Below are positions 48,279 to 58,307 of a stretch of 64,000 nucleotides of DNA, in pieces. A model generated the notes under the pieces. The model worked only from the letters and a program-made list of their open reading frames with translations, did not search any database and was not told where the DNA came from. The first letter of the stretch is position 1; the number at the start of each line of letters is the position of its first letter. Made by a program: the position numbers and the translations under genes. Source of the stretch: an uncultured bacterium (GTDB lineage Bacteria > SAR324 > NAC60-12); the NCBI GenBank assembly GCA_965662235.1, contig CBFIGY010000003.1, positions 128,001 through 192,000 of the forward strand. The letters run 5' to 3'.

Positions 48279-49457
48279 TTACTCCTTGACCAGCAGTTGA
48301 CGGGGCACCGAGGCAAAGCACTCCACCCCCCTCTCGGTGATGACGATGCTCTCCGTTGTCTCCAGCCCCCAGTCGTCCATCCACAAACCGGTCATGAAGT
48401 GAAAGGTCATCCCCGGCTCCAACACCGTCTTGTCGCCCACCCGCAGGCTCATGGTCCGCTCGCCCCAGTCAGGGGGATAACTCAGACCAATGGGGTAACC
48501 GGTCCGGTTGTCCTTGACGATTCCGTACTTCTTGAGAACCTCAAAGAAAGCGATGGCGATGTCTTCACAGCAGTTTCCGGGACGGGCCTGAGCCAAACCC
48601 GCTTCCATGCCCTCCTGCACCGCCTGGTCCGCGTCCAGAAACGTCTGGGTCGGTTTTCCGAAGAAGAGGGTCCGGGACAAAGGAACGTGGTAACGCTTGT
48701 AGCAGCCTGCGATTTCAAAGAAGGTTCCTTCGCCCACCTTCAGGGGCGCATCGTCCCATGTCAGGTGTGGGGCAGCCGCATCAGAGCCAGAGGGCATGAG
48801 CGGAACAATTGCCGGGTAGTCGCCTCCAAACTCCGGGGTGCCTCGGGTGCCAGCGTCATAGATTTCGGCGACTAGGTCACACTTCCGGATGCCTGGTTCG
48901 GCCTTCTCCTGAATCCGCTGATGCATGCGTTCCACAATCCGAGCAGCGCGGTGCATGTACTCCAATTCCTGGGGAGACTTGACCGCTCGGCACCAGTTGA
49001 CCAGCGCAGTGGCATCCACAAAGCGTGCATTCGGGAGGTGCTGGTTCAGTGAGGCAAAGGCCGCTGCGGAGAAGTAGTAGTTGTCCATCTCCACCCCAAT
49101 CCGCAGAGAGCCCCAACCCTGGTCCTCCAGCTTCTGGCTGAGCAGGTCCATGGGGTGCCGCTCCGTCGACTGCACGTAGTGATCCGGGTAAAACCAAATG
49201 TGGTCGTCGGACAGATACGTCGTCCGCTGCGCGCCTGCGCCATCCTGCTTACGTCCGTACCAGAACGGGGCCTCCTGAAGCGTCACCACCACACACTGAT
49301 GCACGTAAAAGGACCAGCCGTCGTACCCCGTCAGCCACGCCATGTTGGACGGGTCACTGACGATCAACACGTCTACGGCGTGTGCTTCCATGGAACGCCG
49401 GACCTTTGCCAGCCGCTCCTGATACTCCGTTTGAGTAAATAACAGATTGGGATTCAT
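48279..49457 (-). CDS. doeA: Ectoine hydrolase (M24 fold, EutD)
   Basis: WLTGYDGWSFYVHQ, GGDYPAIVP and SYPPDWGERT motifs. Confidence 0.95.
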   Translation of the reverse strand: MNPNLLFTQTEYQERLAKVRRSMEAHAVDVLIVSDPSNMAWLTGYDGWSFYVHQCVVVTLQEAPFWYGRKQDGAGAQRTTYLSDDHIWFYPDHYVQSTERHPMDLLSQKLEDQGWGSLRIGVEMDNYYFSAAAFASLNQHLPNARFVDATALVNWCRAVKSPQELEYMHRAARIVERMHQRIQEKAEPGIRKCDLVAEIYDAGTRGTPEFGGDYPAIVPLMPSGSDAAAPHLTWDDAPLKVGEGTFFEIAGCYKRYHVPLSRTLFFGKPTQTFLDADQAVQEGMEAGLAQARPGNCCEDIAIAFFEVLKKYGIVKDNRTGYPIGLSYPPDWGERTMSLRVGDKTVLEPGMTFHFMTGLWMDDWGLETTESIVITERGVECFASVPRQLLVKE

Positions 49458-49493
49458 GAACCCTCGCCAGGATCAAAAACGAGAAGCCTCTGC

Positions 49494-50495
49494 TCAGGCA
49501 GAGGGGTTGGAAAAAACGGTTCCGGAGCCCTTTGCTGTGGCTCGCTGAACCGCCAGGGTCGCAATGGCGGTATCTTGAACACCGGTGCCGGTGAGGTCGC
49601 ACACGGTGATTTCTGCCGCCGAGGTCCGTCCGGGATGTGTTCCCGCAATCACCGCCCCTAGCTCCGGAAACGCTTGTTCCGCCGAAAAGACTCCGGCTTC
49701 CACAGCGGGACGCAGTTCTCCCTGCCGCCGGCACTGAGCCAGCCGATCACAGATGTACCAGTCCGCCCGTTCCAAGACGCTTGGCGCCAGCTCATTCTTA
49801 TACGGTGCATCAGAGCCCATCGCGGTGATGTGCTGTCCAGGACGCAGCCACGCCCCTTCCAGCAGAGGCTCCGTCGCCGGCGTGGTCGTGACCACGAGGT
49901 CGCTGCGTTCCAGTACTTCCTCCACACGAGACAGGGCCTGCACCGGGAAACCCAGCGCGTCAGACATCTCTTGGGCACACTGCGCCGCTCGCTCCGGATT
50001 TCGTCCCCAAATCCATGCCTCCTTGAGGTCGCGGACCAGCGTCAGGGCCTGCAGCTGCAAACGGGCCTGAACGCCCGTCCCCAGAATTCCGGCCACAGAG
50101 GCATCTGGACGAGAAAGCCACTTGGCGGCCACCGCTCCTGCCGCCGCCGTCCGGAGGTCCGTCAGAAACCCGTTGTCCAGCAGCACGGCTTCCACCAGAC
50201 CCGTCTCCGCCGCAAACACCACCATTAGTCCATTGAGACTCGGGAGCCCCTTTTTCGGATTGTCAAAGAAACCCGGGCTCATCTTGATGGCAAAGGACGG
50301 GATGCCGGGGACGTACGCAGTCTTGACGTCCACCTCGCCGTTGTGATCCGGAATGTGGAAGCTCAGGATGGGTGGCATCACCACCTCACGGACCTCCAGC
50401 AGGCGAAACGCGTCCTCCACGCAGGTGACTGCGTCGGCATCAAGCGCCAGCACTGCCCGAAGTTCCTGTTCATTGAGAATCGTGATCTGGGGCAT
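49494..50495 (-). CDS. eutC: Ectoine utilization protein EutC (cyclodeaminase family)
   Basis: GEVDVKTAY, LLDNGFLTDLRTAAAG and DLTGTGVQD motifs. Confidence 0.92.
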   Translation of the reverse strand: MPQITILNEQELRAVLALDADAVTCVEDAFRLLEVREVVMPPILSFHIPDHNGEVDVKTAYVPGIPSFAIKMSPGFFDNPKKGLPSLNGLMVVFAAETGLVEAVLLDNGFLTDLRTAAAGAVAAKWLSRPDASVAGILGTGVQARLQLQALTLVRDLKEAWIWGRNPERAAQCAQEMSDALGFPVQALSRVEEVLERSDLVVTTTPATEPLLEGAWLRPGQHITAMGSDAPYKNELAPSVLERADWYICDRLAQCRRQGELRPAVEAGVFSAEQAFPELGAVIAGTHPGRTSAAEITVCDLTGTGVQDTAIATLAVQRATAKGSGTVFSNPSA

Positions 50496-50504
50496 GGGGC
50501 TCCT

Positions 50505-51488
50505 TTAGGACTGAGGTTGCGCCACATCGACGTTCACGCCGTCAATGAGTTGTTTGTGCAGCGACATGTCAATGTTGCCTCCGCTGAGGAGTAGGACGGT
50601 GGAGCCCTTCAGCGAAACCTTGTTGGCCAAAACAGCGGCAATGCCAACGCTTCCGGAACCTTCAATGACCTGACGCTCGGACCAGTAGGCGTGCCGGATG
50701 GCGTCTGCAATTTCTTCTTCGGAAACCAGCACCAGCTCATCCACCAGGTCCCGGACCATCTGGAAGGTGTAGCGGTTGTCGAGACCAATCCCGCCCCCCA
50801 GCGAATCCGCCAGCGTCGGCAGTTCCTCCACCTGCACCGGATGCCCCTGCTGCTGGGACGTGATCATTGCAGCGCCTCGCTCCATGGAGACTCCAACCAC
50901 ACGGATCTTCGGGTCATGCGCCTTCATTGCCAGCGCCACCCCAGAAATCAGTCCCCCTCCAGAGAGCGGCACCAGCACGGTCTGCAGGTCCGGAAGCTGT
51001 TCCAGCACTTCCAGTCCAAGGGTGCCTTGCCCGGCAATCACATCAGGATGGTCAAAGGGGGGCAGCATCGTCATTCCGGATTCAGCCAGCTGATCGGCTT
51101 CCACCTGAGCCTCATCCTGCGAGCGCCCGATGATGCGGATCTCCGCCCCCTGCGCTCGGATGCCCTCGACCTTGTTGGCAGGGACCAGCTCAGACATGCA
51201 GATCACGCAACGGACCCCAGCCTGCCGAGCGGCATACGCCAGCCCGCGACCGTGATTTCCTGTGGAAACGCCCACCACACCAGCCGCTTTTTGTGCGTCC
51301 GACAGGGAGCGGATCGCGTTGGTGGCGCCCCGGAGCTTGAAGCTCCCAGTCGTTTGCAGGTGTTCCAGCTTCAGCCACACCGGAACTCCGGCCTGCTCCT
51401 GCAGCGTCGGAGATTCCACCACGGGCGTCTTCTGGACAAACGGCGTCAGCCGAGCCTGGGCGGCTTTCAGGTCATTCCACTCAATCAT
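50505..51488 (-). CDS. eutB: Hydroxyectoine utilization dehydratase EutB
   Basis: TGSFKLRGA, STGNHG, LSGGGL and LADSLGGGIG motifs; cluster context. Start placed at MIEWND. Confidence 0.92.
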   Translation of the reverse strand: MIEWNDLKAAQARLTPFVQKTPVVESPTLQEQAGVPVWLKLEHLQTTGSFKLRGATNAIRSLSDAQKAAGVVGVSTGNHGRGLAYAARQAGVRCVICMSELVPANKVEGIRAQGAEIRIIGRSQDEAQVEADQLAESGMTMLPPFDHPDVIAGQGTLGLEVLEQLPDLQTVLVPLSGGGLISGVALAMKAHDPKIRVVGVSMERGAAMITSQQQGHPVQVEELPTLADSLGGGIGLDNRYTFQMVRDLVDELVLVSEEEIADAIRHAYWSERQVIEGSGSVGIAAVLANKVSLKGSTVLLLSGGNIDMSLHKQLIDGVNVDVAQPQS

Positions 51489-52252
51489 GATGACGGGGGT
51501 TGAGGGTGGTGGAAGAGGGTTCCGTAAGGCAGCACCTGGTTCAGCCCACACGCCCGCAGGCAAGCCCAGATCATCGCCTGGTTGCTGGTGACCACCGGAC
51601 GCCCGCCCGCCGTTTCCAACGCTGGCACACACGGGAGTGCGCGCAGGGCCGTGCAGGAAACAAACAAGGCTTCAGCCTCCGGATGCCACGCCTGAGCTCC
51701 GGCCTCCTGAATCGTCTGATACGACACCCGGGCAATCTCACGATCGTCCTCAAGGTCGAGGTACACGGAATTGAGCAGCTCCAGTCCCGCCTCCCGGAAG
51801 GTTTCCAACAGCTCAAGCGTCACCGCCTCCGTGTACGGTGTGAGCACTGAAAGACGCCGAACCCCTAGGGCCTGAAAGGCTTCCAGCGCGGCTGAGACCG
51901 GCGTCACACAGGCGGCTTCCGGCTTGACAGCCTGCACCGCTGCTGCGACTCCATCGTGTCCCAGCACCACCGACGCTGCTGTGCAACCAAAGGTCACCAC
52001 ATCCAGGGGCTCCCCAGGCAAGATCGCTTCTGCCGCAGCAGTCAGGCGGGGTCCGGTTTGCCGGAGGTTCTCAACAGTGGTGGGATTTTCGTAGGCAATG
52101 CGGTTGACGTAAACGCCCACCTCATCCGGATCACACAGGCGTGCAAAGTCCCGCTCTGAGGTGTGGTCCGTGGCTAAGGCAATGAGTCCAATGCGTTTGG
52201 GAACCGGTCGAGGCTCCAGCGTGAACTCTCGGAAGGCACCGTGCAGACTCAT
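51485..52252 (-). CDS. eutA: Ectoine utilization protein EutA (Asp/Glu racemase-like)
   Basis: LIALATDHTSERDF, GCT, FVSCTAL and VVTSNQA motifs. Confidence 0.92.
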   Translation of the reverse strand: MSLHGAFREFTLEPRPVPKRIGLIALATDHTSERDFARLCDPDEVGVYVNRIAYENPTTVENLRQTGPRLTAAAEAILPGEPLDVVTFGCTAASVVLGHDGVAAAVQAVKPEAACVTPVSAALEAFQALGVRRLSVLTPYTEAVTLELLETFREAGLELLNSVYLDLEDDREIARVSYQTIQEAGAQAWHPEAEALFVSCTALRALPCVPALETAGGRPVVTSNQAMIWACLRACGLNQVLPYGTLFHHPQPPSS

Positions 52253-52269
52253 TTCCCCCTTGGTTGGAA

Positions 52270-52929
52270 TTATTGTGGAATACGAGAGTAGCGTCGTTCC
52301 AGCCGACGCAGGGCAATCACAGCCGGGACAGAGATGAGGAGGAAGAAGGCCCCCACCAGTGTCATCGGTTCCAGGTAGCGGTAGGTGTAGTTGGCAATGC
52401 CGCGGGCTTGGTTCATCAGCTCCAGCACCGTCACGGCAGAGAGCAGTGGCGTTTCCTTGAACATGGCCACAAAGTAGTTTGCCAGCGCCGGAATCATCGG
52501 AGGCACAGCCTGTGGCAGAATGACGTGGACCCAGGTCTGACGCTCAGTAAAGTTGCAGGCCTTGGCGGCTTCCCACTGTCCTCGGGAAACGTTCTCAATG
52601 CCAGCCCGGTACACTTCTGCCGTGTAAGCGCTGTAGTGCAGCCCCAGGCCAATCACTCCGGTCAGCAGAGGACTGAGGATGATGCCCACGTCCGGAAGGA
52701 CATAAAAGAGGAAGTACAGCTGCACCAGCAAAGGTGTGCCCCGGACAAATTCCAGGAACCACCAGGTCGTGTTGCGGATCCAGCTGCTGTGGCTACGACG
52801 CAGAATCGCCAGCCCCAGTCCGAAAACCATTGCGACCAGGCTTCCCAGCAGCGACGCCTGGATGGTGATCAGTACCCCATCAAAGAGCTGCGGTAGAATT
52901 TCTTGAACAAACGACCAATCCCATTCCAT
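52270..52929 (-). CDS. ehuD: Ectoine ABC transporter permease
   Basis: MEWDW start, RGTPLLVQL, EVYRAGI and FKETPLLS motifs. Confidence 0.92.
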   Translation of the reverse strand: MEWDWSFVQEILPQLFDGVLITIQASLLGSLVAMVFGLGLAILRRSHSSWIRNTTWWFLEFVRGTPLLVQLYFLFYVLPDVGIILSPLLTGVIGLGLHYSAYTAEVYRAGIENVSRGQWEAAKACNFTERQTWVHVILPQAVPPMIPALANYFVAMFKETPLLSAVTVLELMNQARGIANYTYRYLEPMTLVGAFFLLISVPAVIALRRLERRYSRIPQ

Positions 52930-52938
52930 CGTTGACTC

Positions 52939-53595
52939 CTATGCGCGGGCACCGTCCATTCCTTGAGACAGACGCTGCTCCAGGGCTCGGATGCCTCGGG
53001 AGATAACCAGTGCGATCAAGAAATAGAGGATGAGGATGGTCAGGAAGGGGAAGGTCGTGTCTCCCGTCTGGGAGCGAACCACCTGAGCCTGAAAGGTCAT
53101 GTCGGCAATGGAGATCAGCGAAACCACTGCTGTGCCCTTGAGCAGCTCAATGGCGTTGTTCCCGAAGGTGGGGAGCATGAGCAGCACCGCCTGCGGCAGA
53201 ATCACGTAACGCATCTTCTGCCAGCGGCCGAGATTGAGGGCCACACAGGCCTCATGCTGTTCCTTGGGAATGGTCAGGATGGCGCCCCGGACGACTTCGG
53301 CGCCGTAAGCTCCCACGTTCAGTCCCAGCGCCAGCACTCCGGCAAAGAATGGACTCAGCGGAAGCCCAATCAGCGGGAGGACAAAGTAGGCCCAGAACAG
53401 CTGGACAAAGATGGAGGTGCCCCGGAAGAACTCGATGTACACCGTGGCAATCGCCCGGATGATTCCCAGCGGAGACAGGCGTGCCAGTCCGGCCAAAAAG
53501 GCCATCACCAGCGCCAGCAGGCAGCCGGCCACGGTCAGCTGCACCGTGGTCACTGCCCCCTGCAGGATCAACCCGAGGTAGCTTGAAGCATTCAT
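52939..53595 (-). CDS. ehuC: Ectoine ABC transporter permease
   Basis: EFFRGTS, GAYGAEVVRGA and NNAIELLKGT motifs. Confidence 0.92.
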   Translation of the reverse strand: MNASSYLGLILQGAVTTVQLTVAGCLLALVMAFLAGLARLSPLGIIRAIATVYIEFFRGTSIFVQLFWAYFVLPLIGLPLSPFFAGVLALGLNVGAYGAEVVRGAILTIPKEQHEACVALNLGRWQKMRYVILPQAVLLMLPTFGNNAIELLKGTAVVSLISIADMTFQAQVVRSQTGDTTFPFLTILILYFLIALVISRGIRALEQRLSQGMDGARA

Positions 53596-53616
53596 GGAGG
53601 TTCCGAGACAGCAGGT

Positions 53617-53637
53617 GGGCGCCTCTCAGAGACGCCC
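53617..53637 (-). other. Intra-operon stem-loop after ehuB
   Basis: Minus strand reads GGGCGUCUC-UGA-GAGGCGCCC; typical position for stabilising the binding-protein mRNA. Confidence 0.5.
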
Positions 53638-53648
53638 GGAGGCATCAA

Positions 53649-54521
53649 TTAGTTTTTGCCGGAGCAGAGATTGTCCATCGTCTGCATCTTGGCAAGCTGT
53701 GCATTGAAGCCGAACGGCTCAACGATCTTGTCAAACTCACCGCTGGCCTTCAGCGCGGCCAGTTCCTTGTTGTACGCATCACGGAAGGCGGTGTCGTTCT
53801 TGTTGAACGCGGCTCCGGCACAGTAGATGGGGGTATTCGGCAACGGTGCCACCATCTCCAGATTCGGATCGTTCGCCTTCTCCAGCAGGTCCGAAATGGA
53901 CAGGAACGGCAGAGCATAGACGTCAATCCGTCCGTCCTGCAGCATGTTGATGCCAGACTGGGCATCAGGCACCACGATCACCCGATTCCGCGGCACACCG
54001 GCTTCCAGAGCCATACGCTCCTCGGTTCCACCTCCAGGGGCGCCTACCTTCACGGAGCTGTGATTGGCAAGGTCTTCGTAGCTCTTGATGCTGAGCGGGT
54101 TGCCCTTCTTCACGGCAAACGCTTCTCCGTCACACAGGTCCGGCTCTGAGAAGATGACAGCGGCACAGCGCTCCGGCTTGATGAACAGACCGGCGGTGAC
54201 CATGTCAAAGCGACGGGCCTGGAGTCCGGGAATCATCGCCCCATACTCCGAGATGCTGGCGCTCAGGTCCTCAACGCCGAGGCGCTTCATGACCGCCCGT
54301 GCCACTTCCGGAGCAGCGCCCGAAACGGTGCCGTCGGAGTTGACGGCCGTCCACGGGGGCTCATTGGCAATCGCGATGCGGACGAATCCCTGCTCCTTCA
54401 GGCGCTCCAGGGTCTCTTGTGCTTGCACAGGAGTGGAAAATACGCTCGTCAGGCTTCCAACGAGTAGCGCGGCTACCGAGGCACGAAAGAAGGCGTTGCT
54501 GAGTTTTTTCAGAGTCTTCAT
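53649..54521 (-). CDS. ehuB: Ectoine/hydroxyectoine ABC substrate-binding protein
   Basis: Signal peptide; ANEPP, YGAMIPGL, GLFIKPERC and GGGTEE motifs. Confidence 0.93.
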   Translation of the reverse strand: MKTLKKLSNAFFRASVAALLVGSLTSVFSTPVQAQETLERLKEQGFVRIAIANEPPWTAVNSDGTVSGAAPEVARAVMKRLGVEDLSASISEYGAMIPGLQARRFDMVTAGLFIKPERCAAVIFSEPDLCDGEAFAVKKGNPLSIKSYEDLANHSSVKVGAPGGGTEERMALEAGVPRNRVIVVPDAQSGINMLQDGRIDVYALPFLSISDLLEKANDPNLEMVAPLPNTPIYCAGAAFNKNDTAFRDAYNKELAALKASGEFDKIVEPFGFNAQLAKMQTMDNLCSGKN

Positions 54522-54561
54522 GAGTCTCCATTGTCTTCAGGATTGACAGGCGTCACTGCGC

Positions 54562-55338
54562 TCAGACAGCCAGTCCGGCGGCAATGACTTTTTTCAAGAA
54601 CGCTTGGGTGCGCTCTTCTTGGGGATCAGAAAAGATTTTCTCCGGGGGCCCCTGCTCCACAATCCGTCCTCCGTCAAAGAAGAGGACGCGGTCGGCAAAG
54701 TCACGGGCAAATTGCATCTCGTGGGTCACGAGCAGCATGGTCATGTCGGTTTCCTCTCCCAGACGACGCAGGACGTTCAGGACCTCCTCCACCAGTTCGG
54801 GATCAAGTGCTGAGGTTACCTCGTCAAAGAGCATGATCTTGGGTCGCAGGGCTAGGGCTCGGGCAATCGCCACCCGCTGCTTCTGCCCCCCAGAAAGCTG
54901 TGCCGGCTTGGCATCCGCTTTGTCTGCCAGCCCCACCAGCTCCAGAAGCTCCCGGGCTTTCTGCTCGGCTTCTGCCTGCGCAACGCCCTGGGTCAGCATG
55001 GGAGCCGCGGTGATGTTCCGGAGGACGGTCATGTGCGGGAAGAGGTTAAAGAGCTGAAACACCATGCCGATCTTGGACCGCATGTGGTGCAGGTGAGCCT
55101 CACTCGCGGGAACCATGGCTCCTCCGGCTCCCGGCATGTGCCACAGGGGCTCTTCTTCCACGGTGATCATGCCGGAGTCGATGCTCTCCAGCGTCATCAG
55201 GATGCGCAGGATGGTGGTCTTGCCTGATCCGCTGGGACCAATCAGCGCCAGCTTTTCCCCCGCTTTGACATCGAAACTGAGGTTGTTCAGGACCTGGAGG
55301 GTTCCGAAGGATTTGGAAACTTCCGAAATTCGGATCAT
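54562..55338 (-). CDS. ehuA: Ectoine ABC transporter ATP-binding protein
   Basis: GPSGSGKTTILRILMTLE, LSGGQKQR and FDEVTSALDPE motifs. Start placed at MIRISE. Confidence 0.92.
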   Translation of the reverse strand: MIRISEVSKSFGTLQVLNNLSFDVKAGEKLALIGPSGSGKTTILRILMTLESIDSGMITVEEEPLWHMPGAGGAMVPASEAHLHHMRSKIGMVFQLFNLFPHMTVLRNITAAPMLTQGVAQAEAEQKARELLELVGLADKADAKPAQLSGGQKQRVAIARALALRPKIMLFDEVTSALDPELVEEVLNVLRRLGEETDMTMLLVTHEMQFARDFADRVLFFDGGRIVEQGPPEKIFSDPQEERTQAFLKKVIAAGLAV

Positions 55339-55487
55339 GGTACAGCGTGGGTCAGGCAATCGCTCGTAAGGACTAGGGGGGGATGATAGCGGAGGGGGTT
55401 CAGAAAGTGTTTTCAAAGAAATTAGGACTCGCAGAAAAAATTTCTGGTCGGTTCAAAATGGCAGGAAAAGTGGAATTTTTGTCAAAT

Positions 55488-55799
55488 TTAGTAGGCGTCC
55501 CACCACGAACCTCCGGCGTGCTGACGCTGCAGTTCCTCCTCCATTCCCTGAAGCGATTCCTCCAGAGCCGGACACTCCGGATGCGTCAGGCACGATTCAA
55601 AATCGGCCGTTTGCAGTTCCCGGACGCAGAAGTCCATGTACAGCTTGGTCACCAAAACCGCATCCAGCTTGAGCAGCTCGGACCACTGCTCTGCTTGGGT
55701 GGCCAGGAGCTTGAGCACCTGCGCCAGCAACAGCGGCTGCATCTGCACCTCAGTTGCCACGGCGTCGTCTGAAAGCTCATGGACAAACTGGTACGTCAT
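55488..55799 (-). CDS. Hypothetical protein (103 aa, acidic)
   Basis: Start overlaps the dppF stop (ATGA); no recognisable motif. Confidence 0.55.
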   Translation of the reverse strand: MTYQFVHELSDDAVATEVQMQPLLLAQVLKLLATQAEQWSELLKLDAVLVTKLYMDFCVRELQTADFESCLTHPECPALEESLQGMEEELQRQHAGGSWWDAY

Positions 55800-56776
55800 G
55801 CTGGCACCGAGTCAAGGGCCTCCGCCCGATGACACGACACCCAAGTAGAGGCAAACGGTCGCAGCGTCGGTGTCTTTTCCCGGCACGCGGGTTCCGCGTA
55901 CGGACAACGTGTGTGGAACGCACACCCCGGAGGCGGGTTCAGCGGTGACGGCAGCTCTCCGGAGAGGCGGATGCGGTTGCGCGTTCGCTCCGGATCGGCA
56001 ACCGGTGTCGCCGAAAGCAGCGCCTGCGTGTACGGATGCCGCGGGTGCGCGAAGACCTCTGCCGCAGCGCCCTGCTCGACCACCTGCCCGAGGTACATGA
56101 CCATGACCTCATCCGCAATGTGCTTGACGACCGAGAGGTCGTGACTGATGAACAGATAAGCCAGGTCCAGCTCATTCTGCAGATCCGTCAACAGGTTGAG
56201 CACCTGGGCCTGAATCGAGACATCAAGCGCACTCACCGGTTCATCCAGCACCACGACTTTCGGACGCAGCATCAGGGCGCGGGCAATGGCAATCCGTTGC
56301 CGCTGTCCTCCGGAAAACATGTGCGGGTAGCGCTCCGCGTGTTCTGGACGCAGCCCAACGATTTCCATCATCTGCCGCACCGCAGCTGCTCGTTCTCCCG
56401 CCGTCTGCGTGGTGTTGATCTTCAGCGGCTCCTCCAGCATGGTCCGGATCTTCTGACGTGGATTGAGCGAACCATACGGATCCTGAAAAACGATCTGCAC
56501 CGATTGACGCAGCTCCCGGAGGGTCTCGGCGTCCGGCTGCTCCACCGTGTGTCCCGCGAGCTTGAGGACGCCCGAGGTCGGTTCTTCAATCAGAGTCACT
56601 AGACGCGCCAGAGTGGACTTTCCACACCCCGATTCCCCCACCACGGCCAATGTCTTTCCCGACTCCAGCCGGAAGCTTGCCCCATCAAGCGCCTTGACGA
56701 GCGCAGGCGGCTCCCACACGCCTTGCCGGACCGGGTAGTGCTTCCGGAGGGCATCGGCTTCCAAAACCAACGTCAT
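55796..56776 (-). CDS. dppF: Dipeptide/oligopeptide ABC ATP-binding protein
   Basis: [28 protein letters not shown] and [11 protein letters not shown] motifs. Confidence 0.88.
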   Translation of the reverse strand: MTLVLEADALRKHYPVRQGVWEPPALVKALDGASFRLESGKTLAVVGESGCGKSTLARLVTLIEEPTSGVLKLAGHTVEQPDAETLRELRQSVQIVFQDPYGSLNPRQKIRTMLEEPLKINTTQTAGERAAAVRQMMEIVGLRPEHAERYPHMFSGGQRQRIAIARALMLRPKVVVLDEPVSALDVSIQAQVLNLLTDLQNELDLAYLFISHDLSVVKHIADEVMVMYLGQVVEQGAAAEVFAHPRHPYTQALLSATPVADPERTRNRIRLSGELPSPLNPPPGCAFHTRCPYAEPACREKTPTLRPFASTWVSCHRAEALDSVPA

Positions 56777-57723
56777 GCAACCTCCTGCAGCGGGAAGTGG
56801 CAAAGAACCCCCTGTTCCGCTGAAGGGGCTTCTTGACGACACCGATCCTGCGCATGAGCGCAGCGTGGGTGAAACAAACACCCCTGAGGACGGTCCAGCT
56901 GCCCAGGCACCACTCCCGGAATGGACTGCAAGCGCTTGCCGTCGGTCCGCTCAGGAAGCGCCTTCAGCAGGGCCTCAGTGTACGGATGCCGGGGGGTCCG
57001 GAACAGGTTGCGGACCGGTTGGGACTCCACCTGCTGTCCGGCATACTGGACAAACACGCGCTGTGCGGTTTCGGCGACCACTCCCATGTCGTGGGTGATC
57101 AGCACCAGTCCCATGCCCTGCTCGCGTTGCAGTTCCAGCAGCAGCTCCAGGATCTGCGCCTGAATGGTCACGTCCAACGCGGTGGTCGGTTCATCAGCAA
57201 TCAGCAACTTGGGACGGCAGGCAATCGCCATGGCGATCATCACCCGCTGGCTCATGCCCCCGGAAAGCTGATGCGGGAAGGCCTTTAAGCGTGCTTCCGG
57301 ACTAGGGATGCCCACCAGGCCTAGGAGTTCCACCGCCCGTTTCTGCCGTTCTGCAGTGCTCAGGCCGAGGTGCGTCTTGAGGGCTTCCTTGATCTGAAAG
57401 CCAACGGTGAAGCAGGGGTTGAGGCTGGTCATCGGCTCCTGGAAGATCATCGTGATGTCCTTGCCAATGAGCCGACGCCGGGCGCGGGCGCTCAGTTGCC
57501 GAAGGTCCTGCCCATTGAACGCCATCTGTTCGGCAGTCACCTTGGCCGTCCACGGCAGCAGTCCCATCAGGGCCAGCATGGCAACACTCTTCCCGGAACC
57601 GGATTCGCCCACAATGGCCACCACTTCGCCGGGCTCCATTTCCAGACTGACGTCATCCACGGCCCGGAACCAGCCGCTCGCTGTCCGGAACTCCACGGAC
57701 AGGTGCTTCAGACTGAGCATCAT
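56773..57723 (-). CDS. dppD: Dipeptide/oligopeptide ABC ATP-binding protein
   Basis: [23 protein letters not shown] and [11 protein letters not shown] motifs. Confidence 0.88.
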   Translation of the reverse strand: MMLSLKHLSVEFRTASGWFRAVDDVSLEMEPGEVVAIVGESGSGKSVAMLALMGLLPWTAKVTAEQMAFNGQDLRQLSARARRRLIGKDITMIFQEPMTSLNPCFTVGFQIKEALKTHLGLSTAERQKRAVELLGLVGIPSPEARLKAFPHQLSGGMSQRVMIAMAIACRPKLLIADEPTTALDVTIQAQILELLLELQREQGMGLVLITHDMGVVAETAQRVFVQYAGQQVESQPVRNLFRTPRHPYTEALLKALPERTDGKRLQSIPGVVPGQLDRPQGCLFHPRCAHAQDRCRQEAPSAEQGVLCHFPLQEVA

Positions 57724-58157
57724 TCTGTGCCTTCCTCTTCTTCAGGATCCTCCACCGGCTCCCAGGTGCTGTCACCCAGCTGCCGGACGGTCAATTGGAA
57801 GGTCCCATACGGGCAGTCCGAGGGCCACTCGTCAGGACCAATCAGGGTCAGGGTCAACTCCCCCTTCTCATTTTCGTAAAGGTGGTAGGGCTTGAGGAAG
57901 ACCGGCCGGAAGCTGTAGCGGGCCTGGTGGATGCGTTCCGCCAAGTGCATGCGCTCTTCAATGTGCTGAGCCTGCTGCACCAGCAGGTCCGCTTGTTCCT
58001 GCAGGTGCGCCAGCTGCTGCTGCGTGTGCTCACGCATCGCCGACAGCGAATCATCGCGTCCGTCAGATTCCTTGGAGAACGCCACAGAGCCCAGCTCCGT
58101 CGGGTTTTCCCGCAGGCGTCGGTCCTTGACAAAAGAAAGGGGAGTTTCGTCACTCAT
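57720..58157 (-). CDS. DUF2452 family protein
   Basis: Coiled coil followed by F.PV..KPYHLY...LTLIGPDEW...DSTWE. Confidence 0.7.
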   Translation of the reverse strand: MSDETPLSFVKDRRLRENPTELGSVAFSKESDGRDDSLSAMREHTQQQLAHLQEQADLLVQQAQHIEERMHLAERIHQARYSFRPVFLKPYHLYENEKGELTLTLIGPDEWPSDCPYGTFQLTVRQLGDSTWEPVEDPEEEEGTE

Positions 58158-58307
58158 CGTTTTGAGAGGCTCTCAGAGAAGGTACCAGAGGAAGGTGGTT
58201 GCGACTGCAACGAGCGCAAGACCAGTGAAGCAGCCCATCGGGATGGGCGCTGGGACAGGGAATCGAGAAACCGTATGCGTAGCCATGTTCTGTTTGAGGC
58301 AGAGGCA

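Noticed and set aside
47799..48875. 358-aa ORF opposite doeA and doeB
   Set aside because: Antisense shadow.
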